Of a stretch of DNA of 64,000 nucleotides, positions 11,777-23,867 are shown piece after piece. This DNA comes from Naegleria gruberi. Taxonomy: Eukaryota. The translations under genes were made by a program, and so were the position numbers. The notes under the pieces are model-generated. The model was given only the letters and a program-made list of their open reading frames with translations, was not told the DNA's origin and made no database searches. The first letter of the stretch is position 1, and every line of letters begins with the position of its first letter. The stretch lies in the NCBI GenBank assembly GCA_000004985.1, contig GG738858.1; one strand, written 5' to 3'.

Positions 11777-12226
11777 ATGATGAAATCAGTACTCAATAAG
11801 TTGAAGGGTCCAACTTCCGAGTTGATACACAACAAGACATTTCAAAATTCAAATATTATGATCACAAGAACATTTAAATGTAATTTAATTCAATTAAAAG
11901 TGGATAATCAAGGGAAGGAAAATAATTATTTTATTGCTTCAAGCCAACTGCGAATTTATCCCGATAATTTTTCATACCCTCTAGATGATAATGGAAATTA
12001 TGCAATTTTACAATTTTCCAAAGATTCAGAGAGTGGTGTGTATGAATTTTATCATGTTGAAGTACCAGTAGCTTTCAAAGGAAAGGGAATTGCAATGCCG
12101 TTTGCAAAGGCTTGTTTTGATCATGCACTGGAAAATAATTGGAAGGTCAAGGTAACTTGTACCTATTTGAAGTGGAAGTTTTTAGAGAAGTATTATGATA
12201 CTTACGAGAGAATTCTCGTAGACTAG
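11777..12226 (+). CDS. GNAT-fold N-acetyltransferase domain protein (NATD1/YjdJ-like)
   Basis: YHVEVPVAFKGKGIAMPFAKACFDHALENNWKVKVTCTY matches the NATD1 family core. 149 aa. Confidence 0.55.
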   Translation: MMKSVLNKLKGPTSELIHNKTFQNSNIMITRTFKCNLIQLKVDNQGKENNYFIASSQLRIYPDNFSYPLDDNGNYAILQFSKDSESGVYEFYHVEVPVAFKGKGIAMPFAKACFDHALENNWKVKVTCTYLKWKFLEKYYDTYERILVD

Positions 12227-12690
12227 GTGTTGAGAACTCATTTAACATCCTCTTCAATTACCACTTCGACTGGGCTAGAAAGAGATCAAAACAGTAGAAA
12301 TTTCAATTCAAGATACAAAAAGAATTGGGCTTGGGAACGATAATTATGAGAGCCGTTTCTATGATGGAAACGATGGAATATACAACACCACAATTTGGAT
12401 ATCCTAACTTTGTTAAATATTATCATTAAATATTGTTGTTACAATACTGTTAAACCAAGGTACCAACCAGCTGTTGTTTTTCCTGTTACGCGAAGAAAAG
12501 CGCTAAAAAACGCCGAAAACGTTACAAATTTATTCGACCAATCCAGCTGGGTTGTATTACAAAAAAATATTGTAACTGCCGTGTGCAGCCTATTGCTATC
12601 ATCATCCTCATCTAGTTACAACTCTTGTAACAAAACAAATAATTCCTGATTCAAAAGTAGTACACACAACATCAAAATAATTTAAACATC

Positions 12691-15406
12691 ATGAGTAGTA
12701 GTAAGGATAATTCATTACCTGTTCGGGAGGAAGAAGAAATGATGAACATGGACCACGAAGATGATGATGAAGAAGATGAAGAAGAAGAAATGATGGACCC
12801 TAACACTGCAGCCCAACATCACTTGTACCAAATGCAAGCTATGCAACAAGCAGGATATCCAATGCCAACACATGGAGAGATGGACCCTAACACTGCTGCA
12901 GCCTATGGTGTACATCCAGGATATTCGGGAATGGATTACTCAGCAGCTGCAGCCTACGGTGTTGATTATCAAATGCAACAATTATATTATCAACAGAGTA
13001 TGCAACGTTTCCTATCTTCTCTTCCTCCTTCACAACAACAACAATACCTTGCTCAAATGCAACAACAACAGAGAAATCCACAAATGATGAAAGCCTATGC
13101 AACTTCGGCCGCTACTCAACAAAAGTATTCCACAGCATCAACACCTTCCGGTTATGTTGCTTCATCAAGTGTTGATCCATCTGTTGCTCCTCCTTCACCT
13201 GAAAATTCATCACTCACTCCAGAGGATGGTGGAAAGAAGAAGAGAGGTAGAAAGAATAATGCTGATGGTGAAGGTAAAAAAGGTGAAAAGGCTAGACAAC
13301 GTGCCGTCAGACATAACTGGACTCAAGCTCAAGATGATGCTCTCAAGAAGGCCATTAATTCACAACAATACAGCGAAAATGGTCAAAAGATTCGATGGAC
13401 AAAGATTTCACAAGAAGTTTTCGGAAGCAAATTAACACCACANNNNNNNNNNNNNNNNNNNNNNNNNNNNNNNNNNNNNNNNNNNNNNNNNNGCTGCATC
13501 TGCAACAGGTGGAACAACTACAGGAAGTAGTAGTGCAACAACTCCAACACCAACCAAGTCAAAAAAGAAGAAGGAAGCTGCTTCTGAAGATGCTGTAGAA
13601 GGTGAAGATGGCAAGAAAAAGAAGAGTAAGAAAAAGGCAACAACCACTAAGAAGAAGAAAAAGAAAAAGGGTGAAGAAGAAAGTGAACCTGAAGAGGAAG
13701 AAAGTGCAAAGAGGAAGAAACTTGAAGATGATTCAAGTACTAGAGGAAAGAATTATAGTAGAAGAAAGAGTGCAAATCCAAGAAAGGGAAATGTCAGCGT
13801 TATTTTCTCTTCTGAAACAGTTAGTGTTAAACAAGAATCAGATGTATCCATTGACCCTATTTTAGGAGCTGCTTCAAGTATTGAACATACTGAAACAGCA
13901 CTTTTTGGAGAAAAGAAGAGACCTAAGGTTTATCTTTCAAGAAAAGTTCCAAAGAAAAATAGAAATGCTAAATATATTAATGTGGATGATGTCATGAATC
14001 ACATCTATGAAACTAATCCTCAAGAGAAATATGTTTCAATTAGTATTAAGAGTGCTGATATTTTCCGTAATTTCCAACCTATTCCAAACCACCCACTCAA
14101 AGTTGATTGCCTTCTTGGTTTATATTTCGGTACCAATGAAAGAAATATTTGTCTTTCATCTTATAGAACCATGGTAGAAAATGAACAATTTGGTCAATTG
14201 GATGTTAGCTTCCCAACTAATTTGGTTTCTTTCTTCTCAAAGTGTAGACTGAGAAGAAATACTAAGAATTCTCTTTTCCTTTGTGTTGCTCTTAGACAAG
14301 CTGCTTTAGTTCAATCTCTTGATGATGATCCTAGTAGTCAAACCATCCCTCTTTACTGGGATAAGCACAATTATGGAGCAACCGTTTTCTCCTCCCATGC
14401 CTTTGTTGGTTTCTTCTCTGGGCAATATCCTGTCCAATTAAGAACAGCAACTGGAATTTTACTTCAATCTCCACTGACCATCAATGTTAAATTCTCTGAC
14501 TCAACAGATAAGTTGAGTGATTATCCTCTTGAACTTTCTAAGGTTCACTATAGAGAAGTTTCCAATCAATCCAATCTTGCTTCCACCTCTAATACTCAAA
14601 TTAATCCATTAATACTAGGTAGTGAAACTCTGGATCAAAAAGATGATATTCTCCAACTTCACTATATGGTGTATAAGGTCAACTACATAAATACTCATAA
14701 CAGAGGTGTAGAAAGACTTTGGCTACGCTGGGATATGAATTGTCCATTAGAAGATGATTTTGAAGTCAACAATATGATGATTATGGGAACAAACACAGAT
14801 GAAGATACCTTCGCTCAACTCAAGAAACATCTTACAGAAAAACATGGTGATAGATTTGAGATTCAATTTGAAGGTAGAGAAGGTGAAGGAGAAACTGGAT
14901 CATACATTATCAGCATGAATCAATACAAGCACTGGTATCAAAATTATCAATACATGGACAGAAAGAGATTGATGCTTTTGGATCCATCAACAATGGATGT
15001 CAATCAACTTACTCATATTCAAAAACAATTTATGGATGTTTGGAATAGTTATCTATTGGAAAATTTCAAATTATTAATGACAGAAAACGAAGCTCATGAT
15101 GCTTGCCGTAATCTTTACATTAATGAAAGATCCAAGTTGGATGCTGATGAAATGAAAGAAATTCTTGCCCATCAATTCTTAAGATTGACCAGTTTGAATG
15201 TAATATCTATTGAACATTTTATGAATCTTTTGGGAGAAGCTAAGATTCCACTTACCTCAGCCCTAGAACAACAATTACAACATATTCAACAAATGCAACA
15301 AATACAACAACAAACTATCAATCAGAATATGCAATATGCTCAAATGGTAAATCAGTTAAGTGATCAACAACCTGAAGAAGAGGAAGAGGATGAAGAAGAT
15401 GAATAA
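12691..15406 (+). CDS. Myb/SANT-domain protein with Q/M-rich N-terminus and large C-terminal domain; one CDS spanning an assembly gap (N run 13443..13492)
   Basis: The SANT/Myb helix is RHNWTQAQDDALKKAINSQQYSENGQKIRWTKISQEVFG. After the N-gap the same strand stays open with no stop from 13493 into ORF 13982..15406. The apparent frame change is caused by the arbitrary gap length. Confidence 0.55.
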
Positions 15407-15493
15407 ACATTTTTGAAAAGTTCATAATTAATAGATATCAACAACTGTTCAGTTACATTTTATTGTTGCACCAATTTTTCTTTTTTGAAAAAA

Positions 15494-16720
15494 ATGACAT
15501 CAACAAGTGAACAAGTCCCACAACAACTTGCTGTTGTTGAAAGTGGAATCCCATTAATTAAAGAAGGAGATACAATTCTAGTAAAATTAAATAGTGGTTC
15601 AATGATTTTACAACAACATATTAAACCAGAAACAAATTTAAAAATCGGAAAGAAACAAACTTTTCCTTTAAAACTTTTAATAGGACAACCATATTATGCC
15701 TTCTATGAAATTTTGTCATCACAAAATGAAGGAGAGAAGCAACCATCAGTAGTTTTAAAACGTATGTTGTATGATCCTGATAGTGAGGAAGCTTCTGCTG
15801 TTATTCCTGGTGATGATGAAGCACCACAAGAAGAAATGCAAGATGAAGAAGGTGAAACTGTTGATGCTAATACAAAGAGATTAATTGATAATAACAAATC
15901 ACAAACTTTAACTCAAGATGAAATTTTAGAATTAAAAAAACAAGGAGTTGAAGGAAAGGAAATTATCAGCAAATTAATTGAAGGAAGTAAATCTTTCCAA
16001 GTTAGAACTCAATTTTCCCAACAAAAATACTTGAAGAGAAAGAAGAAGAAATATTTAACTTACTTTAAAGTTATTGATCCTTCTGCATATGATATTTGTG
16101 ATTTTTACTTTTCAAAGAATCCTGAGAAAATTAGTCATATGAGAGTTGATGGACTTGCTCAATTATTAACTTTAGGTTCTATTTATCCAAATAGAAAAGT
16201 AATGGTAATGGAAACTTGTATGGGTTTAGTTACTGCTGCTGTTTTTGAAAGAATGGGATGTTATGGTGAAATTATTCGTGTAGCTCCAGATGATATGCTT
16301 GGTAAACATGTTCATGCTGTTACCTATTTGAATATTAACAGAAATTTAGCTTCTAGTGTTGTTAGAGATGTTCCATTTGGAAAACTTGTATCTGGTGATA
16401 TGTCTGATGAAAATGCTACTGATGAAAATATGGTTGATTGTTTATTGATTGCTACTAATCAATATAGTCCAATCTCAGTTCTTACAAACTTGTATCCTTA
16501 TCTTAGAGAATCAGGATCATTTGCTATTTATTCTTCATACAGAGAACCATTAGAAGAATGTCACAACAAATTAAAGGATGACAAGTCAGCTGTTTTGGTT
16601 CAATTGACAGAAACATGGATGAGAGAATACCAAGTTCTTCCAAAGAGGACTCACCCAATGATGACAACGTCTAGTGCAAGCGGTTTCGTTTTGTCAGGTA
16701 TCAAAGTAAAGATTGATTAA
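15494..16720 (+). CDS. TRM6: tRNA (adenine58-N1)-methyltransferase non-catalytic subunit TRM6/GCD10
   Basis: DNNKSQTLTQDEILELKKQGVEGKEIISKLIEGSKSFQVRTQFSQQKYLKRKKKKY is colinear with human TRMT6 DDGKSQKLTQDDIKALKDKGIKGEEIVQQLIENSTTFRDKTEFAQDKYIKKKKKKY. The C-terminal ETWMREYQVLPKRTHPMM also matches (SETWLRNYQVLPDRSHPKL). Confidence 0.8.
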   Translation: MTSTSEQVPQQLAVVESGIPLIKEGDTILVKLNSGSMILQQHIKPETNLKIGKKQTFPLKLLIGQPYYAFYEILSSQNEGEKQPSVVLKRMLYDPDSEEASAVIPGDDEAPQEEMQDEEGETVDANTKRLIDNNKSQTLTQDEILELKKQGVEGKEIISKLIEGSKSFQVRTQFSQQKYLKRKKKKYLTYFKVIDPSAYDICDFYFSKNPEKISHMRVDGLAQLLTLGSIYPNRKVMVMETCMGLVTAAVFERMGCYGEIIRVAPDDMLGKHVHAVTYLNINRNLASSVVRDVPFGKLVSGDMSDENATDENMVDCLLIATNQYSPISVLTNLYPYLRESGSFAIYSSYREPLEECHNKLKDDKSAVLVQLTETWMREYQVLPKRTHPMMTTSSASGFVLSGIKVKID

Positions 16721-19683
16721 TCTGTGTCAATAATTTTCTTTGGAGATCCACCAAATGATTGTCTTCTTGTCAGTCTTCTCATGTTGGCTGAATCACTAAG
16801 ATTCTCACTTGTTGCAACTGGAGTTCTTGTTTGCTTAATAGGACTATTTCTTCTCTTGACTGTTTTTCTTATCTTTTTACCTTCGATTTTTTCTGCGGCA
16901 GGATCATTACTACTTGTGCTAGTGTCAACACTATCATCAGAATCAGCGTTTGGATTAAAGACAGATATTGGACTGATATCACTAATAGATCTTGGTGTTT
17001 CGTAAGCCTTCTTTTCCATGTCAGGAGTTTTGGTTTGTTGACTTGTGGTAGGTGGTTGTACTGGCTGAACCTTATCTTTAATTACACTACTTCCAGATGA
17101 AAGCAAAGGGGTATTCGTGTTGGTTTCAATATTTGGAGTTGATGGATTGGAAGTGCAAATCGTTAACTTTTCTGGTGTTGATTTGAAACTGTCAATAGTC
17201 GAGGTTCTAGATTCTATTTTTTTCTCCCTTACTTTATCTTTCAAGGACTTATTTTCTTCCATAACAGTTTTGTTAATCTCAAGAATTCTTCTGTTGGTAG
17301 TGTTCAAATGTTCTACTTGTTCTTCAAGCTCTTTAATTCTTTCTGAAGAGGAGAGTTGGGCTGAATTTTTGAGAGTTTGTCGCAACCTATCTTCACTGTC
17401 AGCAGCTTTTTCTTTTTCAAGCATCATCATTCTTTCGCTTGATTTTATCTTTGCATTCTTCGTTGATATTTCTCTTTCTAATTTTCTAATTGTTTCTTTT
17501 TGAGATTCCGTCTCAGTGTTCAAAAATGAAACTTGTTCCTGAAGCTTTTTCATCGAATCCTCAAGCTGTCGTTTTCTTTCAGTGGATGATTCCAAAACCT
17601 CAGTTGTTTGTTTAAGAGTTTCTTCTGTGTTTGAATTTTGTAATCTCACTTTGTTATAGTTATCCTTTAATTTGGCAATAACTTCTTGTAATTCACCAAT
17701 ATTTCTTTGCAATTCCGACTTATTTTCTTGTAAGATGGCTATTGTTCTTTGCAGGTTTGTGTTTTCTTCTTTAAGTGCATCATTTTCCAATCTTTCAGTG
17801 TGTAATTGATCTCCAAACTTATCTTTCTGCTCTTTTAGCTCTTGGAATGAGTTTTCCAAATCATTTCTGAGATTTTGAACGTCTTGCATCAATTTTGAGT
17901 TTTCTTGTTTGTAAACAACTATTTTGTCTGACTGCTCTTTAGTTAGAGTTTCTTGGGAGGTAAGATCTTTTTTGAGTTTCTTGATTGCATTACTTAAATT
18001 CAACATTTGGTCTTTCATTTTAGATTTTGAGTCAGACAGCTGCACAATCTCAAAGTTCATTTGCTCTTGTAATGACTGGAGTCTCTCCTCATAATTTTTG
18101 ATAATCTGTTCATTTTCCTTATTCTTTTCCATTATTAGTGATTCAATAAAATTGTTGTGATAGTGAGGCATTGTTTCATAAATCCAATTAGTCATTAAAT
18201 CCGCCAACAATGTGTTTTTATCTCCTTTTGCTTTTTCGTTATATGAATCCAAACACTCCCTAAATTTCAAATTCATTTCTTCAATATTTCGAAAACTTCC
18301 AGATGTTGAAATCTGTGAAAAGGAAGAGCTCAGAATCTTGCTGTTGTACTCATAATTTATACTCCTAACCTCCTCTCTCACTATTTTAAAAATTTGAACA
18401 ATTGAATCATGTAATTGTCCAACATGGAATTGAACATCTCTTACCACAAGCTTTGAATTTTCCAAGAAATAAGAAACTGCTTCTGATTCTGATTCGAAGT
18501 GAATGTTTTCCAACTCTGTTTGATCCACGTTCTGTCTTAACAGCTTTTGCATTTTTGTTTTGTAAATTTTGATAGATTCTGAATGAACAGCATCACATTC
18601 AGTTTTCACTACATTACTCCAACAAGAATCCACTATAATAGAGCCATCATTGATGGCATTACAATAGTTCTCACACAAACTTATGAACATCCTACCATTC
18701 AACATTCTTCCTCCCAGTTCTTTAGGAGCAACTGTGTCTAATATTTTTTGTTTGAGTTTTTCTATTTGATTCCTAAACTCTGGTCTTATTTCATAGGATT
18801 CCAATTTTGAGGCATTTTGTAATTTCTTTTCATCGTGAATAGGTCTTACCAGAGTGAAACAATCTCTATCTCGGAAATATTGTTTCAGAGAGGCCTTAAT
18901 TTGTTGCTTATTCCTTTCAGTTTCGGTGTATCTTTCCTCACTGGATAAGGCAAATTCAAGATAATTCTTTGGTGTAATTTGTAAATCCAACGAAAAGTCT
19001 CTCACAACCCATAAAAAAGATGGGAATATTGCTTGATTATCCAATCCTCCAAGTTTTGATTTAACATATTTTGAAAGTTCAGTTACCAACCTAATAGATT
19101 TAGAAACTAGTTCAAACCAACAACTTACCCTAATCTGGTTATTGCGTTGTCATCAATGCTTCCTTGACTATTATAAATAAACATTGAACTCATTAGTAAA
19201 GCAAGAGAGAACACCTAAAACTGTTGAAGAAATACAACCAATAACAACTTACTTGTGTATCATAGGTCTCATTTGCACTGAAGGATCCAATTCCCTCCGA
19301 ATCAACAATTAATAATCTAAAATCTGGATGGTTGTCATTGCTTACTTTCATCGGAACGCTCCAGACCCATAATCCTTTTGTGCAGGGTAAATGTGAGGGA
19401 CTGGTAGTAAAGCTGTATTATTATTTACTAATGAATATTATTGGTTTTTAAAAACATACCCATCATTCCTATCTAAAATTTGATTAAGTAAAAAGCTTTT
19501 CCCCGATCGATAAACTCCAGCTATCGAAAGTACAGCAACCGGTTCTTTAATTTTCGAAATCACAGAGATTGCTTTTTTATCCACTTGAAACTTTCCATCA
19601 ATGTATGATATCAAAGGAATTTGTTGTGGCTGCAGCGTTGACAGCGAGGGCGATGTTGAATAGTCTTGTAGTGATGGTTCCAT
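16717..19683 (-). CDS. guanylate-binding protein (GBP/atlastin-type dynamin-like large GTPase) with long coiled-coil tail; join(19683..19460,19412..19253,19214..19129,19090..16717)
   Basis: G1 is VLSIAGVYRSGKSFLLNQI and TKGLWVWSVP also matches. The stretch ...RLGLVTELSKYVKSK...FPSFLWVVRDFSLDL follows GBP1 AMDQLYYVTELTHRIRSK..FPDFVWTLRDFSLDL. There are three introns of 47, 38 and 38 nt with GTATGT/GTAAGT donors. The 3' end overlaps TRM6 convergently by 4 nt. Confidence 0.8.
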
Positions 19684-19949
19684 TTTTTACTAAGGATTGG
19701 TTCAAAAATATGGCGCCAAAACATGTATTTGCTTTTAGCGCCAAAAATAAATCAATATATTTGATGTATGGTGACATATTCTGAGGAGTGAATAAGAGTT
19801 AATACTATTAATATTAATTATTCTGAACAACAACATCATGAGATTGATTATTTATCTTTTTAATAGACTTAAAACAAACTATTTTGTAAAAATTCAAAAA
19901 GGTATTGTAATATCAATAGAATTTGTTATTTACATTTAGTGCCAAAAAA

Positions 19950-22900
19950 ATGCAACCAGCCAATCGAAAGCCAATCAAGGTCAAACCATCGAAAGGTTCT
20001 AGCACACAACAACCTGTAATTATAACAACCTCATCATCTAATCATCAACAAAATAATTCCGAATCACATTCTCCATCACCTCTAATTTTATCACCCACAA
20101 CCACTGGCACAAATAATTATGTATTTGAAAATGAAGGAGAACAAAACGAACAAAAAACCAACAAGAAAATCAGAGCAAAAAGAACAGGAGGGATATTGGG
20201 AAACTTTTTCGACGTTTCTAAAAATTTAAATGAAAATACACTAAATCAAATGGAATCCAAGATGAAAGAAATTATTGAATCGAGAAATTTGTTTAAAGAA
20301 AATAACTTGGAGTTGTGTGAAATGATCATGTCTGCTGATGTGGAATCGAAGAATGAATCAATTTCTCAACAAGAAATTCTCAAAATTGATTTGATAAATA
20401 GGCAAATGGCCGAATTGGAATCATTTGAAACAAATCTGAATAACTTTATTCAATCAAATGGCTCTTCTGGAATTACAAATCATCTTGTAAACGCTGTTAA
20501 TACAAGAAATGCTATGAGAAATGAGTGTATGAATAATCTTAACGAAGTTACTAACTTGTTGGGTGAAACATTGGAATCAATGAAAAATGACATCCCCGTA
20601 GAAAGGATTCAAAAAATAGATGAAATTCATTCAAAAATTCTTTTAGAAGAAGATGTTTTATCAGTTTCTGGTTCTGGTGAGTCTTTCAATATGTATGAGT
20701 TTAATAGGAGATCAAAGGAATACTTTGAGTGGGTTAAAAAATCCAGTCCAAAACTGATTATTCAATACAAGGAAACAAAGGCTGTTTTCAAGAAGTTTCT
20801 AGAAGCAATGGAAAAAGAGCTAAATCTTATGAAAGAGGTTAAAGAGGAGGAGAAGAAAATGATGGATAATTTTGAGTATATAATTACCTACACTCCTGAA
20901 TATTTGGAGGCAAAGCGACAAACAACTGCTGAGCCAAGTGAAAGAAAGACTCATATCAAGGAGTTACATAGCTACTATTTGAAACGTAAAATTGAAATGG
21001 AATCCAAAACACAACTACCACTTAAACCAGACCTTGAAAGCGTCAATCTATTTTACAATCAGCTTAACTCTTTGAAAACAGACTTGAGAGAGGCTAAAAG
21101 AAATCATCTAAAATTGAAATTTGAAAAAGAAAATCATGAGTTGGATGGAGTTTCTCAGTCTATTCTACAAATTTCAACACAAAAAGTTCAAGAAGCATCT
21201 GAGGTAGTTCATAGAATCGAAGAAAAGATTCAGCTATTTGAATCTAATCTAGAAAAATCCATCAAATTGCATCCAGAAATTTTAATTTACATTAACAGTT
21301 TCTCTAAGAATGATGATCTTATTCCTATATCAATTAAGGATACAAAGTTGGAGGTGAAGAGATCTATCAAAGATTATGAAATATTGAAAATAATCAATCC
21401 AAGGGTTTGCAAAGCAAAATTTGCTAACCAAATATCAATAATCAAACAGTACTCTTTTTCAGATAGCAAATCAAGAAAAGAGTTTATGAAGGAGGTTCAA
21501 ATTTTACACAAAATGAATCATCCTTGTATTGTAAAGATAGAAGCGTACTTTTGTGAGAATGACTTTGTATTTATTCAAATGGAACACAAAGGAGATTTAA
21601 CTCTAGCTGATTGGCTCCTTAAATCTCCTTCAGAATATGAAAAACGAAATGTATTTCACTCTGTGGCACAAACTTTGAAATATGTGCACGACTTTAATAT
21701 TATTCACTGTGACATCAAACCAGAGAATATAATAATGTCACCAATCGGTTCTAAATCAATTGGATCCGTACAGGAGATATATGAATCATATAGACCTATT
21801 CTTATTGACTTTGATATATCAGTTGACAAGAATTCCTTACAAAATTCTTTAGCAATCCGATCCACTTTAACTTACTTGGCTCCAGAAGTTGTTCATGCAG
21901 CTTCTACAGGTGCAGATTTCAAGAGTGTTTTGAATACATCAATAGATGTTTGGTCATTTGGTGTTATGATGTTTAAGGCATACTATCCAAATGATGAGGT
22001 GTTGCTTCTTCCAAACGAACACTCAGTAAGAATACCAGAACATGAAAATCAATATTTGCAAGATCTTTTATCAAATATTTTACAAAGAGACGCAAAAGAT
22101 AGACCTTGTGCTGAAGATATTTACTCTCATATCTATTTCAACTCGTCCATCATGAATGAACTAGTATCTCAAAAACAAATAGTTAGTACAGAAGACAAGA
22201 TGCAATCATTCAATAGATTTCTGCATCACTACAAGAAAAGAATGCAAAGGAACACTTCAGATGTTATTCAAATACGTATGAGAAGAGATGCAATAGTAGG
22301 TCACACATTACAAGCATTTTCATCTATGGAAATCAATGACTTACTTTTGAGACTTCAAGTGCAATTTGTTGGTGAAATTGGAATGGATTTGGGAGGAATT
22401 ACATCTAATATGTATACAGAGTTCTTCAGACAATCAATACAAAATGATCATAACATTTTTGAATGTGGTTCAAGCTCTAAAACTGGAGGTTACCTACCAA
22501 AGGCAGATGCACCAGTTGAGGTTTGTGAAAGTATTGGAAAAATTTTAATCAAAACAATTTACGATCAAAGAGTTATTCCAGAAGTGCTTTCTCCTTTCAT
22601 ATTCAAGTTTCTTTCACACAAATATTCATCAAGCGATCCTGATTACAATTCTTTGCAAGTAACTTTCAGAGATTTGGAACAATTTGATGAATCTATGGCA
22701 AGATCTTTGAGAATGCTCCTTACTCATGAAGGAGTGCACGAATGGGAAATTTCTTTTGATGGCCTGGGACAAGACTCTAATAGAATGGTAAATGATCAAA
22801 ATAAGCACGATTATGTTAAAATGAAAATGAGAAATGTTCTCTTACTCTCAAGATTAGAACAATTGAAAGCTATTAGGAAAGGTTTTAATTCGCTTGTTGA

Positions 22901-23309
22901 GCTTCAGCCTCAGCTGGCATTATTTAGTTGGAAAGAGCTAATGCTGCTTTGTTGTGGAAAGGATTATATTGATGTAAAATCAGTGATTGACCTATTGAAG
23001 TTCAAAGATTTCCCTACTAATAGTAGGACTCCTTTATTTTTCACTCAATTTATTTCTTCACTCTCTAGCATTCAGTTAAGGCAATTTATTGAATTCTCCA
23101 CTGGTCAATGTGGAATTTCCTACGGATGGCAATCCAAGGCTCTGAGCATCACTGTACAATACTCTTCCTCTTCAGTTGATTCATTACCTGTTTCTCATAT
23201 TTGCTCATTCATATTAGACCTTCCTGACTATAACAATTATCAACTTTTAGAAACGAAAATTAAGCAAGCTTTCGAATTTACCTCATCCTCCGGCTTTTAC
23301 ATTGCTTAG
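19950..23309 (+). CDS. protein kinase domain fused to C-terminal HECT E3 ubiquitin-ligase domain (coiled-coil N-terminus)
   Basis: The kinase core is HPCIVKI...IIHCDIKPENIIM...IDFDIS...LTYLAPEV...DVWSFGVMM. The HECT start is LRLQVQFVGEIGMDLGGITSNMYTEFFRQ. The HECT end is LPVSHICSFILDLPDYNNYQLLETKIKQAF...SSGFYIA*, with the catalytic Cys context. The first in-frame ATG is at 19950; the ORF-track start 19923 is a TTG. Confidence 0.75.
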   Translation: MQPANRKPIKVKPSKGSSTQQPVIITTSSSNHQQNNSESHSPSPLILSPTTTGTNNYVFENEGEQNEQKTNKKIRAKRTGGILGNFFDVSKNLNENTLNQMESKMKEIIESRNLFKENNLELCEMIMSADVESKNESISQQEILKIDLINRQMAELESFETNLNNFIQSNGSSGITNHLVNAVNTRNAMRNECMNNLNEVTNLLGETLESMKNDIPVERIQKIDEIHSKILLEEDVLSVSGSGESFNMYEFNRRSKEYFEWVKKSSPKLIIQYKETKAVFKKFLEAMEKELNLMKEVKEEEKKMMDNFEYIITYTPEYLEAKRQTTAEPSERKTHIKELHSYYLKRKIEMESKTQLPLKPDLESVNLFYNQLNSLKTDLREAKRNHLKLKFEKENHELDGVSQSILQISTQKVQEASEVVHRIEEKIQLFESNLEKSIKLHPEILIYINSFSKNDDLIPISIKDTKLEVKRSIKDYEILKIINPRVCKAKFANQISIIKQYSFSDSKSRKEFMKEVQILHKMNHPCIVKIEAYFCENDFVFIQMEHKGDLTLADWLLKSPSEYEKRNVFHSVAQTLKYVHDFNIIHCDIKPENIIMSPIGSKSIGSVQEIYESYRPILIDFDISVDKNSLQNSLAIRSTLTYLAPEVVHAASTGADFKSVLNTSIDVWSFGVMMFKAYYPNDEVLLLPNEHSVRIPEHENQYLQDLLSNILQRDAKDRPCAEDIYSHIYFNSSIMNELVSQKQIVSTEDKMQSFNRFLHHYKKRMQRNTSDVIQIRMRRDAIVGHTLQAFSSMEINDLLLRLQVQFVGEIGMDLGGITSNMYTEFFRQSIQNDHNIFECGSSSKTGGYLPKADAPVEVCESIGKILIKTIYDQRVIPEVLSPFIFKFLSHKYSSSDPDYNSLQVTFRDLEQFDESMARSLRMLLTHEGVHEWEISFDGLGQDSNRMVNDQNKHDYVKMKMRNVLLLSRLEQLKAIRKGFNSLVELQPQLALFSWKELMLLCCGKDYIDVKSVIDLLKFKDFPTNSRTPLFFTQFISSLSSIQLRQFIEFSTGQCGISYGWQSKALSITVQYSSSSVDSLPVSHICSFILDLPDYNNYQLLETKIKQAFEFTSSSGFYIA

Positions 23310-23867
23310 AGAGATATTATTTACAGCCAAGCCTGTATCTATTAAGGAAATAGATTTCGTTGATTTTACTGCCGCCGTTTTTATGCAATTGGAGGTAGCA
23401 CTTCATGGGCGCCAAGTTCCATTCAAAACAGTAGTAGATTGCACAGTAAAAACCAACAACAGCAGCAACTTTTGAAATTATTTTGATCAAAGAGGCCATG
23501 ATATTTAGTTTATTGCTACTGAAATATTCATGACACAACAACATTTCAAGGTTAGTTGTTTCCGTTGAGAGTTGACGTTCAACATTGTATTCCCCAACCT
23601 GTTTCTAAAAAGGTGAAAGACAAACCCGATCTTTTTCCCTCTCATCATAAATCTCCTCACAGAAAAAAATATTTCAACTCTGTAATCAAACTCTTTATTT
23701 CCTCGGTTAAAGAGAAAATTGTTACCCAGAGTTTCATTTGAAATCTTTTGGATTTCATCATCAAGTTGTATTATTATTAAAATATAAAAAGATCAACGTT
23801 TGATCCTAGAGTTTCATCATCAACACCATTTGTAAAATATATAGTAAAATAGTAAATATTGTGGACG

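Noticed and set aside
12715-13647. Multiple overlapping ORFs in and around the N gap (12715..12915 -, 12872..13087, 12887..13102 -, 13097..13435, 13395..13598, 13432..13647 -, 13602..13865)
   Set aside because: They are low-complexity or alternative-frame shadows of the Myb-domain gene. Those containing X residues are artefacts of the 50-N gap.
23317-23544. 75-aa minus-strand ORF with one hydrophobic helix (MASLIKIISKVAAVVGFYCAIYYCF)
   Set aside because: It could be a small membrane protein, but it has no recognisable family and sits in a 550-bp intergenic region. Support is too weak to call.
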